DNA of 64,000 nucleotides from Bacillota bacterium. Lineage in GTDB: Bacteria; Bacillota; JAAYKD01. Where the stretch lies: NCBI GenBank assembly GCA_963666425.2, contig OY762825.2, positions 1,600,001-1,664,000 on the forward strand, given 5' to 3'. The position numbers and the translations under genes are program-made. The notes below the pieces were generated by a model. That model saw only the letters and a program-made list of their open reading frames with translations. It was not told where the DNA came from and searched no databases. Below, piece by piece: positions 11,158 to 21,960 of this stretch (positions within the stretch are counted from its first letter, which is position 1; the number at the start of each line of letters is the position of its first letter).

Positions 11158-13206
11158 TTATTTCTGAATGGGTTGATTGTCGATATGTCCGTTAAACCAG
11201 TTGACCATATGATTGAGGCGGTCAATGCGCAGCATCGGTTTGCCGTTGCGGGAAAGGTCATGGTTGGCGCCGTCAAAACGGCATAAACGGACTTCCCGGC
11301 CCAGTTTCTTCAATTGCGCAAAGAACTGCTCGGCTTGTTCGATTGGGCAGCGGTAATCTTGTTCGCTGTGCAGCATCAAAAGGGGAGTCTGCACATTTTC
11401 CACATATTTCAGCGGGCTGAAATCCCATAATTCATTGACGCCGCCAAAGGGAGATACGCCCAGTTCACTCTCGGTAAAGGTATAACCGATATCGGAACAG
11501 CCGAAGAAACTCATCCAATTGGTGATTGAGCGTTGGGTTACCGCCGCTTTAAAGCGATTGGTATGTCCGACGATCCAGTTGGTCATGTAGCCGCCGTAAG
11601 AGCCGCCGGTCACAACCACTCTGTCTGCATCCAGCCAGTTCCATTTGGCTAAGGCTACATCCACACCGGTCAACAGGTCTTCATAGTCTTTGCGGCCATA
11701 ATTGTTGATGCAGGCATAAACAAATTCCTGGCTGTAGCCATGAGAGCCGCGCGGGTTGACATAGAGCACGGCATAGCCTTGCGCAGCTAAAACCTGGAAT
11801 TCATGGAAAAATCCGTAGCCATACATGGTATGCGGTCCGCCATGGATTTCCAGGACCAGCGGATATTGGTAGCCTTCTTTCCAACCAAGTGGTTTAATCA
11901 GCCAGCCCTGAATATCCCAGCCATCTGCCGCTTTGTACCAGAATTCTTCCGGTTCCACAATGGCAATTTCATCGGTGATATGCTGGTTCGTATGAGTTAG
12001 TTGTTTTTCTTCGCCGGTTTCCAGATTGAGGATGGAAACTTCGGTGATGTTCGGGGTGTCGCCCCAGCCGAGTGCTGCGAATTTCAGATCGGCACTGAGA
12101 CTGTAGGCGAAAACCTGACGGTTGCCTTTCGTAACCAAATTGACTTTTTTCGCTTTGGCATCATAGAAATACAGGCTGGTCGCGCCGTGGCAATGTGCTT
12201 GGAAATAAACGCCTTTGCCTTCGGGGGCAAAGACAAAGCCGGTTCCGCTGTTGCCCATGCGCATATCGCTGGCACCGGTATCGCCGAGCGGCAGATCGAA
12301 GTCTTCCGGTAATATTTTCTCCATCGGTTTGCTGCCGTCGGCAGGAGCGATATAAAGTTTGGTATGCGTCGCACCCTGGAATTTTCTGTCGCTGCCGGCG
12401 AAAGCCACTTCACAGCCGCAGGGAGTCCAGACGGGGTTGCCATAAGAACCGTCGCTATGAGTCAGCGCAGTCGGTTCGCCGCCTTCAGCGGCAACAACGA
12501 AGATATCATTTTTCCAATTTTCCAAGTCCGCATGTTCAGAATGGTTGGAAGCAAAGGCGATTTTACTGCCATCGGGTGACCAGGCAATGCCGTTGTTGTT
12601 ATAATTTCCCTTGGTGATCCGCAGCGGTTTGCTGTCTTCTTTGAGGTCGATCACCCAAATATGAGCAAATTTATCAGTGTCCAGGAAACCCATGCCGTTC
12701 ATTTTATAATGAATGCTGTCTAAAACGCGGGCTTTGTCCTTGAACTGATCTGCCTTGGCTTCCTTTTCTTTTTTTGTCAGCGCGGTCAGCATGATTTCAT
12801 CGCTATCGCTTTTGTCCATGCGAGCGATAAAAGCAATTTTGCTGCCATCGGGTGACCAAACAGGATTGGAAGCGCCGTAACGCATATGGGTCAGCTGACG
12901 GGCTTCGCCGCCACCGTTCTTCAATACCCAAATTTGGGCATCGCCGTTACGGTTAGCAACAAAAGCCACACTGCCGCCGCAGGGAGACCAGCGCGGGAAG
13001 GAATCGCTTTTGCCGTTGGTGAACGGTTCCGGCTTGCAGCAGCCGCAGCTGGAGACTTGCCACAAATTGGACTGATAGGTTTTGGTTTCGGCATCAATAA
13101 TCGTTTCAACGTAAATGATCTTTTTGCCATCCGGCGAAATCTGCGGATCTCCGGCCCATTTGATGTTTAAGAGATCCTCTGTTTTCATGGGGCGTTTGTC
13201 AGCCAT
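11158..13206 (-). CDS. S9 family acylaminoacyl/dipeptidyl peptidase
   Basis: WSPDG propeller repeats, IHGGP, GGSYGG nucleophile, DYRC, terminal NHDL. Confidence 0.92.
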   Translation of the reverse strand: MADKRPMKTEDLLNIKWAGDPQISPDGKKIIYVETIIDAETKTYQSNLWQVSSCGCCKPEPFTNGKSDSFPRWSPCGGSVAFVANRNGDAQIWVLKNGGGEARQLTHMRYGASNPVWSPDGSKIAFIARMDKSDSDEIMLTALTKKEKEAKADQFKDKARVLDSIHYKMNGMGFLDTDKFAHIWVIDLKEDSKPLRITKGNYNNNGIAWSPDGSKIAFASNHSEHADLENWKNDIFVVAAEGGEPTALTHSDGSYGNPVWTPCGCEVAFAGSDRKFQGATHTKLYIAPADGSKPMEKILPEDFDLPLGDTGASDMRMGNSGTGFVFAPEGKGVYFQAHCHGATSLYFYDAKAKKVNLVTKGNRQVFAYSLSADLKFAALGWGDTPNITEVSILNLETGEEKQLTHTNQHITDEIAIVEPEEFWYKAADGWDIQGWLIKPLGWKEGYQYPLVLEIHGGPHTMYGYGFFHEFQVLAAQGYAVLYVNPRGSHGYSQEFVYACINNYGRKDYEDLLTGVDVALAKWNWLDADRVVVTGGSYGGYMTNWIVGHTNRFKAAVTQRSITNWMSFFGCSDIGYTFTESELGVSPFGGVNELWDFSPLKYVENVQTPLLMLHSEQDYRCPIEQAEQFFAQLKKLGREVRLCRFDGANHDLSRNGKPMLRIDRLNHMVNWFNGHIDNQPIQK

Positions 13207-13374
13207 GCTTTAAAACCTCCTGTAAATCGTTCTAGTTAAATAAAAAACCAAAGTAATATTTCGTTTTTGCCAGCCAATCTCCTTCTGCCGCAGAAAAATG
13301 TTTTCGTAGGCGAAAAATAAACCGCTCACAAAAAAGAGCAGCCCGCTGCCGGAAGGCAAGGCTGCTCTGTTGAT

Positions 13375-14769
13375 TTAAAGAGAAAGCAGTTTGATCAGGG
13401 CGTGCACGATGATCTCGGTTGCTTTTAGCATTTTTTCGATTTCCAGACATTCATCCGTATTGTGAATGCGATTTTCATCGCCAACAAACTCCGCACCGAA
13501 GGCGACACAATGGTCAAACCCTTTGGCATACGTGCCGCCGCCCATGGTGCCGGGTTGATTGACCGTATCACCGGTCACCTCGACATAAACTTCGGACAAC
13601 ACCCGCACCAGATCGCTGTTGGGATCAACAAACAAGGGTTTACCGATGCGAACGCCGCTTAGGGTGAAAGCATTGGCATTGAAACGTGCGGCAATGGTAT
13701 CCGCATGCGGAGTGAAATCCAGAATCGTCACCGGATAGCGAATATCAATGCTGGCTGTCACAGTATCGTCTTGGCTGGAGATCAAACCGACGTTGAAGGT
13801 CAGACGACCATATTGATCGCTGAGATCGACACCGGCTTTTTCGCCGTTAAAACCCAATCCGATACAGGCATTATAGCCGATGACAAAAGGAATTTCCTCT
13901 GTCACTTCTGCCAAGAACGCCATCATATGTGAAATGGAATTGACACCGAGCTGCGGCGTGGAAGCATGCGCCGCCGTGCCGACTAAGCGCAGAACCATGC
14001 CGGCAGGACTCTGGCTGACTTGACCGCCGAGACCGTTTTGCGCAAGATAAGCCATGAATTTCTCTTCAATCGCTTTGGCTTGTCCACCGCAGTCAAGCAG
14101 CGCGTCCACCGCAGGGCAGACCACGTTGCCGGCAGTCCCGCCTTGAATGGAGATCAATTTTACTTCGCCTTTTCCCAGTTTGCTGGCGCTGAAATTGGCA
14201 TGATAACCGCCTTTTTCACCAAAAGTGACCGGGAACGCCGCATCCGGCGTGAAACCGTAATCAAAACCGCCTTCAACCTCACGGTAATGTTTCACACACT
14301 GCATGCCGGATTCTTCATTGGCACCCATAATCACCCGCACGTTTTTATGGACGGGAATCCCCAATTCGCGCACGATCTTCATGGCATACAGGCTCATCAC
14401 GCAAGGCCCTTTATTGTCGCTGACCCCGCGTCCGTAAATAAAACCGTTTCCCCGATCGCCGCCCAAAGGATTTTTGGTCCAGCCTTCGCCGAGCGGTACG
14501 ATATCGACATGAGCCAGAATACCGATTTTCTGCTCGCCTTCTCCCATTTGGGCATAAGTGCAGTAATTATCCAGATTGACCGCAGTAAAACCAAGGGCTT
14601 CGGCAATTTCCTTTGACTTGACCAGCGCAGCAGCCGGACCTGCACCGAACGGTTTCCCTTCAACAGCCGCCGTTTTGACGCTGTCAATGGCTACCAGCGA
14701 AAAGATATCACGAATCATATCCTCTTGGTAAGCACGCACTTTTTCTTGGATCGCTTTGTTCAGTTCCAT
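13375..14769 (-). CDS. M20 dipeptidase, PepV-like
   Basis: AHVDIVP, GRGVSDNKGP, NEESG, AHAS, GGGTYA. Confidence 0.88.
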   Translation of the reverse strand: MELNKAIQEKVRAYQEDMIRDIFSLVAIDSVKTAAVEGKPFGAGPAAALVKSKEIAEALGFTAVNLDNYCTYAQMGEGEQKIGILAHVDIVPLGEGWTKNPLGGDRGNGFIYGRGVSDNKGPCVMSLYAMKIVRELGIPVHKNVRVIMGANEESGMQCVKHYREVEGGFDYGFTPDAAFPVTFGEKGGYHANFSASKLGKGEVKLISIQGGTAGNVVCPAVDALLDCGGQAKAIEEKFMAYLAQNGLGGQVSQSPAGMVLRLVGTAAHASTPQLGVNSISHMMAFLAEVTEEIPFVIGYNACIGLGFNGEKAGVDLSDQYGRLTFNVGLISSQDDTVTASIDIRYPVTILDFTPHADTIAARFNANAFTLSGVRIGKPLFVDPNSDLVRVLSEVYVEVTGDTVNQPGTMGGGTYAKGFDHCVAFGAEFVGDENRIHNTDECLEIEKMLKATEIIVHALIKLLSL

Positions 14770-14879
14770 CTAAAAACACCTCCATCCATTTCATCACAGA
14801 ATCAATGCTCTTATTATAACGCAGGAAAACAGGATTGTCCATGCAGCAGCGGTGGAAGCTCCGCTGTTTTTGCTGCATT

Positions 14880-15362
14880 TTATTTATGATAAGGCAGATT
14901 GTGCTGAATCGCAAAAGCGCGATAAAGCTGTTCTGTCAGGATCAAGCGGCAGAGTTGATGCGGAAAAGTCAATTCAGACAAACACCACTCGAGGTCGGCC
15001 GCCTGCAAAACATTTTTCCCTAAACCCAGAGAACCGCCGATCATAAAATTGATGGTAGAAAACCCTTTGACGCCCAGCTGCTGCAGAAGACCGGCTAATT
15101 GCGGTGAACTATAAGGCTTTCCCTGTAAACTGAGCGCAATGCTGTACTCCCCGGCGGAGATCCAGCGCAGAATACGCTCTCCTTCTTTTTCCCGCAGTCG
15201 GTCTTCCTCTTTGGCTGAAAGTGTTTCCGGCGCTTTCTCTTCCTCCAGCTCGATGATCTGCAGCTTGGCCATAGGGGTTAACCGCTTTTGATATTCTGCC
15301 AAACCTTGCCGCAGCCAGGCATCCTTGATTTTTCCGACCGCAATGATACGTAAGGTCTGCAT
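14880..15362 (-). CDS. rlmH: 23S rRNA (pseudouridine1915-N3)-methyltransferase
   Basis: IIAVGKIK, IGGSLG, TFPHQL, EQLYRA, PYHK; real start MQTL at 15362. Confidence 0.95.
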   Translation of the reverse strand: MQTLRIIAVGKIKDAWLRQGLAEYQKRLTPMAKLQIIELEEEKAPETLSAKEEDRLREKEGERILRWISAGEYSIALSLQGKPYSSPQLAGLLQQLGVKGFSTINFMIGGSLGLGKNVLQAADLEWCLSELTFPHQLCRLILTEQLYRAFAIQHNLPYHK

Positions 15363-15456
15363 CTGGTATGCCCTCCTTCCTTTGCCGAACGGCTGAAAAA
15401 AAGGTTGTCCCCGCTCGTCGGGCAACAACCTTCTGCTTTGATTGAGAGAATGCTTG

Positions 15457-16218
15457 TTAAGGCGCGGCTGCCACGATCCGCAGCTGCTGCAGATTGGCAT
15501 CGCTCCTGATCAGCATTTCCCGTACTGTTCTGACCGCCAGCTCCGGCCGATTATTGGTTCTGCTCAGATGCGCCAGGACCAAATCCTGCGTGCGCGAAGT
15601 TAAATTCTCCGCTAAAATCTCAGCGGTCTGCAGATTGGAGAGATGGCCTTGTTTGCCGGCGACCCGCTGTTTTAAATACCAGGGATACGGTCCGCTTTTT
15701 AACATTTCCAGGTCGTGATTCGCTTCTAAAACCACGTGGTCTGCCATTTTGATGGCTTGCGGCAGCCAGGCAGACGGCACACCCAAATCGGTGACAAATA
15801 ACAGACAATCACCGTTTTTGCCATAAACCAGATAACCAACCGATTCCACCCCGTCATGAGAAGTCGGCAGACTTTGCAGGGTCAGATCTCCGATGCTGAT
15901 CAGATCCTGGGTTGCCAGCTGGCGAAAAGGGTGCTGCTCCGCCAGGGGAATCTGCCGACACACCGCTTGCCAGGTAGCCGTATTGCTCACGAGCGGCAGC
16001 GTTTTGGGAAAGGTCACGGTCGACAAGGCGTGAATATGATCACTGTGTTCATGCGTCAAAAAGCAAGCGCTCAAATCTGCTAAGCCTATGCCAAAGGGCT
16101 GCATCCGTTTTGCCATGATTCGCGGTCCAATACCGGCATCGATCAGGATCGCGGTCGTATTTTCTACGATCAGACAGGCATTGCCCGTACTGCCGGATGC
16201 CAGGGGATAAAAGATCAT
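15457..16218 (-). CDS. yycJ: MBL-fold hydrolase YycJ/WalJ
   Basis: LASGSTGN, THEHSDH, LEANHD, GHLSN; wal operon context. Confidence 0.9.
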   Translation of the reverse strand: MIFYPLASGSTGNACLIVENTTAILIDAGIGPRIMAKRMQPFGIGLADLSACFLTHEHSDHIHALSTVTFPKTLPLVSNTATWQAVCRQIPLAEQHPFRQLATQDLISIGDLTLQSLPTSHDGVESVGYLVYGKNGDCLLFVTDLGVPSAWLPQAIKMADHVVLEANHDLEMLKSGPYPWYLKQRVAGKQGHLSNLQTAEILAENLTSRTQDLVLAHLSRTNNRPELAVRTVREMLIRSDANLQQLRIVAAAP

Positions 16219-16265
16219 GGCTGCACCTCCCTAAATGATCCTGACTGTGATTGACTTCGTTTCGT

Positions 16266-17582
16266 TTATTGCTGCGGAACACTCACTTGTGGTTCGGCAG
16301 GAATTTCCAGGCGTTGAATCTTCGCTCCGATGGTTTGCAGCCGTTCGGCGATGCGGTCATAGCCGCGGTCGATGTGTTCAACACCCGCGATCACCGTCGT
16401 CCCTTCTGCTGCCAAACCGGCGATAATCAAACAGGCGCCGGCACGCAGGTTCGCCGCCGTGACAGAGCTGCCACGATAACGCCGGACTCCCTGCACAATC
16501 GCAGTCTGACCGTCTACCTTGATATTGGCTCCCATTTGGTTCAATTCTTCCGCATGACCAAAACGGGCTTCATAAATGGTTTCATTAAAGACACTGCTGC
16601 CTTCTGCCATGCCAAAAAACGCCATCGCCGGTGCCTGCAAATCCGTAGGAAAACCAGGATGCGGCAGTGTCTTAATATTGACCGCCTTGGGACGCCCGGT
16701 CGCTTTGACCCGAATACTGTCCAACGTCGGCGTCACTTCCATACCGGATTCCCGCAATTTAGCGGTAACGGCCTCCAGATGCTCCGGTATGACATTGGTC
16801 AGCGTCACATCACCGCCGCTGGCCGCCGCAGCCAACATAAACGTACCCGCTTCAATGCGGTCCGGAATACAGCTGTAAGTACAGCTGCCGAAATGCTGCA
16901 CACCGGTCACCCGGATTGTTTCAGTGCCGGCACCTTTGACTTTGCCGCCCATGGCATTGATAAAGTTGGCAATATCAATCACTTCCGGTTCCAACGCGGC
17001 ATTCTCCATGATCGTGGTGCCGTCCGCCATGGAAGCCGCCAGCATCACATTGATGGTAGCGCCTACGGTAGACATATCAAAGAAAATATGGCCGCCCATC
17101 AAATGCTGCGAACTCAATTTGACTTGCCCATCTTCCAACAGACAGGTGGCGTTCAGCGCCTGAAATCCCTTCAGATGCTGATCAATCGGCCGGGAGCCAA
17201 TTTGACAGCCCCCCGGTAAAGCAACGCTGACTTTGCCTTTTTTAGCCAAGAGAGAACCTAAAAAGTAATAAGAAGCCCTTAATTTCACCGCCAAATGCTC
17301 AGGAGTCTGCCCGGAAAGGTGTTCCCCGGCAGCAATTCGCCATTCATATTGTCCCAAACGCGTCACCTTCATACCGATGGCTTTTAAAATCTCCAACATC
17401 ACATTCACATCACTGATTTCCGGTAAATTATCCAGAACCACTTCTTCATCGGTGAGTGCTGATGCAGCCAACAAGGCAACGGCAGAATTTTTGGCGCCGT
17501 TGATGCGTAGACAACCTTTTAGCGGATTTCCGCCCTCTACAACGATTCTTTCCATAGAAAAGATCACTTCCGTTTCTTTCAT
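16266..17582 (-). CDS. murA: UDP-N-acetylglucosamine 1-carboxyvinyltransferase
   Basis: GAKNS, LPGGCQIGSRPIDQH, PDRIEAGT, PGFPTDLQ; start could be 17555. Confidence 0.95.
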   Translation of the reverse strand: MKETEVIFSMERIVVEGGNPLKGCLRINGAKNSAVALLAASALTDEEVVLDNLPEISDVNVMLEILKAIGMKVTRLGQYEWRIAAGEHLSGQTPEHLAVKLRASYYFLGSLLAKKGKVSVALPGGCQIGSRPIDQHLKGFQALNATCLLEDGQVKLSSQHLMGGHIFFDMSTVGATINVMLAASMADGTTIMENAALEPEVIDIANFINAMGGKVKGAGTETIRVTGVQHFGSCTYSCIPDRIEAGTFMLAAAASGGDVTLTNVIPEHLEAVTAKLRESGMEVTPTLDSIRVKATGRPKAVNIKTLPHPGFPTDLQAPAMAFFGMAEGSSVFNETIYEARFGHAEELNQMGANIKVDGQTAIVQGVRRYRGSSVTAANLRAGACLIIAGLAAEGTTVIAGVEHIDRGYDRIAERLQTIGAKIQRLEIPAEPQVSVPQQ

Positions 17583-17636
17583 TTTAGATAGACTGCCTGA
17601 ATTGCGGCGATTCAGCCGAAAACCGCGCGCTCTGCT

Positions 17637-18551
17637 TTAACGATAAAACAAGCGCTTCGCAGTAAAAGCGTCAAAATAGATTTCCCGATTATCCTGCAAT
17701 AAAACGCGCCAGACCGGCTGCGCCTGCCCGCTTTCTGCGGAAGAGAAATAGCTAAAATAACCAAATTCAATTTCTTTGATCACCAGCCAGTTTTCTCCTG
17801 CCGCCAAAGCCTGATCTCTTAAATGCTGGATGTACTCATCATCCGGCAGCCGCAGGAGAATATCGGCCGCGGTAGCCGTCCATTGCGAGGGAGAAGTTTC
17901 TCCGGTGATACGGTAAGGATTTAAGGTAAAACTTGCTACCTGGTTGCCGACGACTGTCATTTCCAACGTGACATCATAAAGCGCATTTCCCTCATAGCTG
18001 CGGCACCAAATAATCGTCTGACTGGTGTTCAGCTCCGTCGAGGCTATTTGTGTCTGCAAGTAGTAACCGGAGATATTATACCGCAGACGGTCATTCAAAA
18101 AATTCTTGGCTACCGAGCGGGCGAATTCATAAGAGATCAAAGGTGTATTTTCTTCGATTACCGCTGTGCTGTTGGTATAGGTCAACAGCCCGCTGGCACT
18201 CAGCACCGCCTGTTCCTGTCCTGCCGCAACCGTGTAATAGACCAAACCGTTTGGCATCGTACAGGCAGTCGTCTGGCTGTCCAGTCCGGAGAATAAATTC
18301 ACTACGTTTTGCTTCATCTCCGTGCCGGTGATCAAATGAAGGCTGCCGGTCTTGTGTACTTCATGGGGAATCGATTGCAAAAGCGTGATTTTCTCTTGCA
18401 GCAATTGATCGCGAATCGCAGCCAAGGCCGCATCGTCTCCCATCACTGTTTCCATCACACGGTAAGGACGCAAAAAGTTGAAGTAGCCCAAAACGGTATT
18501 CAGCAGAATGAAAATAACAATCAGCACTGATTTCGCACGTGACCAATTCAA
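17637..18551 (-). CDS. yycI: Two-component regulatory protein YycI
   Basis: TTG start NWSRAKSVLIVIFILLN with GAGGAGG RBS, C-terminal PVW motif, operon position. Confidence 0.8.
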   Translation of the reverse strand: MNWSRAKSVLIVIFILLNTVLGYFNFLRPYRVMETVMGDDAALAAIRDQLLQEKITLLQSIPHEVHKTGSLHLITGTEMKQNVVNLFSGLDSQTTACTMPNGLVYYTVAAGQEQAVLSASGLLTYTNSTAVIEENTPLISYEFARSVAKNFLNDRLRYNISGYYLQTQIASTELNTSQTIIWCRSYEGNALYDVTLEMTVVGNQVASFTLNPYRITGETSPSQWTATAADILLRLPDDEYIQHLRDQALAAGENWLVIKEIEFGYFSYFSSAESGQAQPVWRVLLQDNREIYFDAFTAKRLFYR

Positions 18552-18591
18552 ACTTTTTCCCTCCTCGCCTGCAAAACTGCAGATATTTTGC

Positions 18592-19986
18592 TTAGCGCTG
18601 CTCCACTGCGGCCTGCATACCGGCGTATTCACCGTTAATCATATTGTAAAATACTTTACAGCCGTCATAAAACTCAATGATCCAGACTGACTGCACATTG
18701 TCCTGCTGTTCATTGACAAGATAACCTTCATAAATATCCCGCAAAGGCATGTCTTCGCGCGCGAGATTGCCAAATAGCTCAGACCATTGCCACCACAAAC
18801 GCCATAAAGCATTGCTGCTGCTGATTGCCAAATATTGGCGCTGTGAAGCACCTAAAAGCGGTTCGGAAAGCTGCATCGAACTCACTTCGCTTCCCTTGCT
18901 TTCCACGGTCAAACTGCCGCTGACGACCCCTTCCTTGACGGTGCAATAAATCGGTTTCCCATTGCTGATCAACGTATAATAGGAGGTACAGCGTTCACCG
19001 GTTGCTTCCATCCCATCATAGATATATTCGGAGGTATCCGGCCAAAGCTGCAGTACATTCAGCATCGAAACAACCGCTCTCATCGGGCTCTGCTCTTTCG
19101 CTGCAGCGTTCACACTCTGCTGCAGCTGTAATTCCACATAACCGGTGGTATACTCAGGCAGTTTCATGGTACGCTGACCATCGTAATAGGTCACCGTATC
19201 ACTGCTGTCGGTATAGGTACGAACCATAGCCGTGTCCTCAAAAAAGCGGCTGGCTAAGACATCCAGTTCCGGCAGCACCATCGGCGTCACTTCGCGGGTG
19301 GCCGCATATAAATTCGTGCGATAACTGTAAATTGGATTGACGGTACTGAAGCCGAAGCTTTCCAGATAGATGGGCTGAATGGCATAATAGACACTCTCCT
19401 GCGTGACTTCCAACAAAGTGTAGATCACAGAAGCACTGCAGACAAACGGCATCGCATAGTAAATCTGATGTTCCACATCTTCCAGAATAATCGTGTTGTC
19501 CGTCATAGCAGAGACATAGATTCGGTTGACCACCGGCATTTGTTCCCGATCATTCGCCTGCCAACGGATCCCCAGGCTGTCACAAAACTGATCCAACGGT
19601 GTTGGAGCAGATAACATCATGATTAAACTTGGCCGGGTTGTATTCCATTCCTCCGCATTGACCGTGCGTAATTGTGCGAAATCCAATTTTGCCGCCGAAC
19701 GAAAACTGCCGTTCAGTACTGTGCTCCAGATGGTTTGAAAATAAGCGGAGCTGCTGCGCAGCAATGCCGCTTCTCCGTTGGGCAATTGTGCGATCATCCG
19801 CGGCGGGACGGCAAATAAACTCAAATCCAATTCTTCTGTTTGCTGCCCTTCTTTTGGTTCCGACGCCGCTGTTAAAGTACGGTAAATGTCTTGGCTGTTA
19901 CTCATCAGGGTGACAAATTGCCAAAAAGCCAGACAGACCAACAGGATCAGCAGAGGTGTTTCTACCTTTTTTATCAATCTCTTCAT
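18592..19986 (-). CDS. yycH: YycH-like regulator
   Basis: Single N-terminal TM plus large extracytoplasmic domain, between walK and yycI. Confidence 0.7.
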   Translation of the reverse strand: MKRLIKKVETPLLILLVCLAFWQFVTLMSNSQDIYRTLTAASEPKEGQQTEELDLSLFAVPPRMIAQLPNGEAALLRSSSAYFQTIWSTVLNGSFRSAAKLDFAQLRTVNAEEWNTTRPSLIMMLSAPTPLDQFCDSLGIRWQANDREQMPVVNRIYVSAMTDNTIILEDVEHQIYYAMPFVCSASVIYTLLEVTQESVYYAIQPIYLESFGFSTVNPIYSYRTNLYAATREVTPMVLPELDVLASRFFEDTAMVRTYTDSSDTVTYYDGQRTMKLPEYTTGYVELQLQQSVNAAAKEQSPMRAVVSMLNVLQLWPDTSEYIYDGMEATGERCTSYYTLISNGKPIYCTVKEGVVSGSLTVESKGSEVSSMQLSEPLLGASQRQYLAISSSNALWRLWWQWSELFGNLAREDMPLRDIYEGYLVNEQQDNVQSVWIIEFYDGCKVFYNMINGEYAGMQAAVEQR

Positions 19987-19989
19987 GGC

Positions 19990-21936
19990 TTATAGCTCCG
20001 CTCCGAAATTCTCCGGTTTCGGCAGCCAGATGCGCACGGTCGTACCTACTCCATATTCACTTTCCAAAGCGATGCGGCCGCCATGTCCATCCACGATTTG
20101 CCGGGCAATCGAAAGGCCCAGACCATTGCCGCCTTTTTCTCTGGAGCGCGCTTTATCGACCCGGTAAAAACGTTCAAAAATCCGCTCCATCGATTCCTTG
20201 GGAATACCAATACCGGTATCCTGAACCGTGATCTCACTCCCGTCATCCACCTCGGTCAAAGTCAGATAAATGCTGCCCCGAGCCGGTGTGTAAAGATTGG
20301 CATTGGCTAAAATGTTAATCAAAACTTGTTGAATTTTATCCTGCACGGCATTGACCTTTGGGGAACCGATCGGTAAAACCATGGAAAAATTCTGTTCTTT
20401 TACCGCAAATTGAGGCTCCATCACTTCTGAAACGGCATGAATGATCTCTTTCAAATCCTGCACGAAGTAGGGCTCCCGCTTGGAAATGCTGTCAAGACGG
20501 GTCAAATAGAGTAAATCATTGACCAGACGCGTCATACGATCGGTTTCGTTGATTACAACACCCAAAAAGCGCTGCGCCAGTTCCGGTTCATGTAAAGCTC
20601 CGTCTTTTAAAGTCTCGACATAGGTTCGCACCGTCGTTAATGGGGTCCGCAGCTCATGAGAAACATTGGCCACAAAATCCCGGCGCATTTCTTCCAGTTT
20701 ATTTTCTTCTGTCATGTCGAGCAGCACGATCACGACACCGGAACGTTCATTCGCTTTGGTGGAAAAAGGAGCGGCATGAGAACGCAGGATGACATCATTG
20801 GCATTAGGCGTTTCCACTTTAATCTCCTTGGTTACCGTCTCCCCATTGGCCAAAGCTTGCCGCCAGGCAAAATGATACAATTCGGCTGGCAATAAGGCAT
20901 CCAAAAGCTGACCGGCAAGATCCGTCGGCAAATGGAACATTTTACAGGCTGCCGGATTGATGTGAATGATCTTGCCGGTATGATCGATGGCGATCACACC
21001 TTCGGTCATAAAATTCAGCATGGCTTCCATTTTACTTTTTTCATCAGCGATTTCGGTCAGGGTATCCCGTAAACGCAGGGAAAGACCGTTGAAGGTACGC
21101 CCCAAATCACCGACTTCATCTTCCGATTGAATCGCAATCTGGCTGTTAAAATCACCGGCTGCCATTTCTTTGGCTCTGGAATTCAACACCCGGATCGGAC
21201 CTGTGATCGTACCGGCCATCACCGAAGCCATCATCCCGATAATCAGCATAGAACCGAAGGTCGCCACCACTACCATAGAACGCACATGCTGCAAATTACT
21301 GGTGATACTGCCAATCCCGCTTTCAACATAAATCATGCCCAAGACAGCATTGGTTTCCGTATCGGTAACCGGGAAAGTGAGAATTTTGATATACTGCTGG
21401 CTTTGATCCGGCTTCACATATTTTACATGCGTCTCCATGATCGTACCTTGCAGCAAAGTTTGGTTTAAGAGGGAATAATCCACCGACTCCAGGCAATTGA
21501 CACCGACCGTCTTGGCGACCGGTTTTAAGGCAGTATCCAAGACAGCCAGCTGAAAACTCTCTGCTTGGCCCTCCGTCTCTGTCGGAGCAGAAGCACGCAC
21601 CAAACTGCTGAGATTTGCTTGCAATTCTACCAGAACAACAGCCAGATTGTCCCGTTTGTTTTCCAGTTGCTGTAAGGTGGGGATATCATGATCCGCCTGT
21701 TGCTGCAGATCCTGGATCTGCGTGACCAAGGATTTAAAGCTCTGATCCTGCAACAGAAATTCCCGGGCCGAGAATTGCAGGGGATACGTTGCCTGCTCCA
21801 TGGTCCGGGTATGGGTTTCATTATAAAAACTCTCCAGGCTGATCCATAGGTATAAACCGATAAACATCATCGCCGCCATCATCAATAAAAGCATGATGAC
21901 CACCATACGGCCTCGGATGGATTTTAACCAACTCAT
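19990..21936 (-). CDS. walK: Sensor histidine kinase WalK
   Basis: Two TMs, HAMP, PAS, FVANVSHELRTPLT, FERFYRVDKARSR. Confidence 0.9.
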   Translation of the reverse strand: MSWLKSIRGRMVVIMLLLMMAAMMFIGLYLWISLESFYNETHTRTMEQATYPLQFSAREFLLQDQSFKSLVTQIQDLQQQADHDIPTLQQLENKRDNLAVVLVELQANLSSLVRASAPTETEGQAESFQLAVLDTALKPVAKTVGVNCLESVDYSLLNQTLLQGTIMETHVKYVKPDQSQQYIKILTFPVTDTETNAVLGMIYVESGIGSITSNLQHVRSMVVVATFGSMLIIGMMASVMAGTITGPIRVLNSRAKEMAAGDFNSQIAIQSEDEVGDLGRTFNGLSLRLRDTLTEIADEKSKMEAMLNFMTEGVIAIDHTGKIIHINPAACKMFHLPTDLAGQLLDALLPAELYHFAWRQALANGETVTKEIKVETPNANDVILRSHAAPFSTKANERSGVVIVLLDMTEENKLEEMRRDFVANVSHELRTPLTTVRTYVETLKDGALHEPELAQRFLGVVINETDRMTRLVNDLLYLTRLDSISKREPYFVQDLKEIIHAVSEVMEPQFAVKEQNFSMVLPIGSPKVNAVQDKIQQVLINILANANLYTPARGSIYLTLTEVDDGSEITVQDTGIGIPKESMERIFERFYRVDKARSREKGGNGLGLSIARQIVDGHGGRIALESEYGVGTTVRIWLPKPENFGAEL

Positions 21937-21960
21937 CGATTATTTCCTCTTTTGCTGTTT

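Noticed and set aside
14770-14900. Island integrated at the rlmH 3' end
   Set aside because: A hairpin and the PepV-like gene follow directly; no recombinase or direct repeat
16251-17219. Long antisense ORF over murA (and similar shadow ORFs elsewhere)
   Set aside because: Antisense shadows of well-supported genes, with no recognisable motifs
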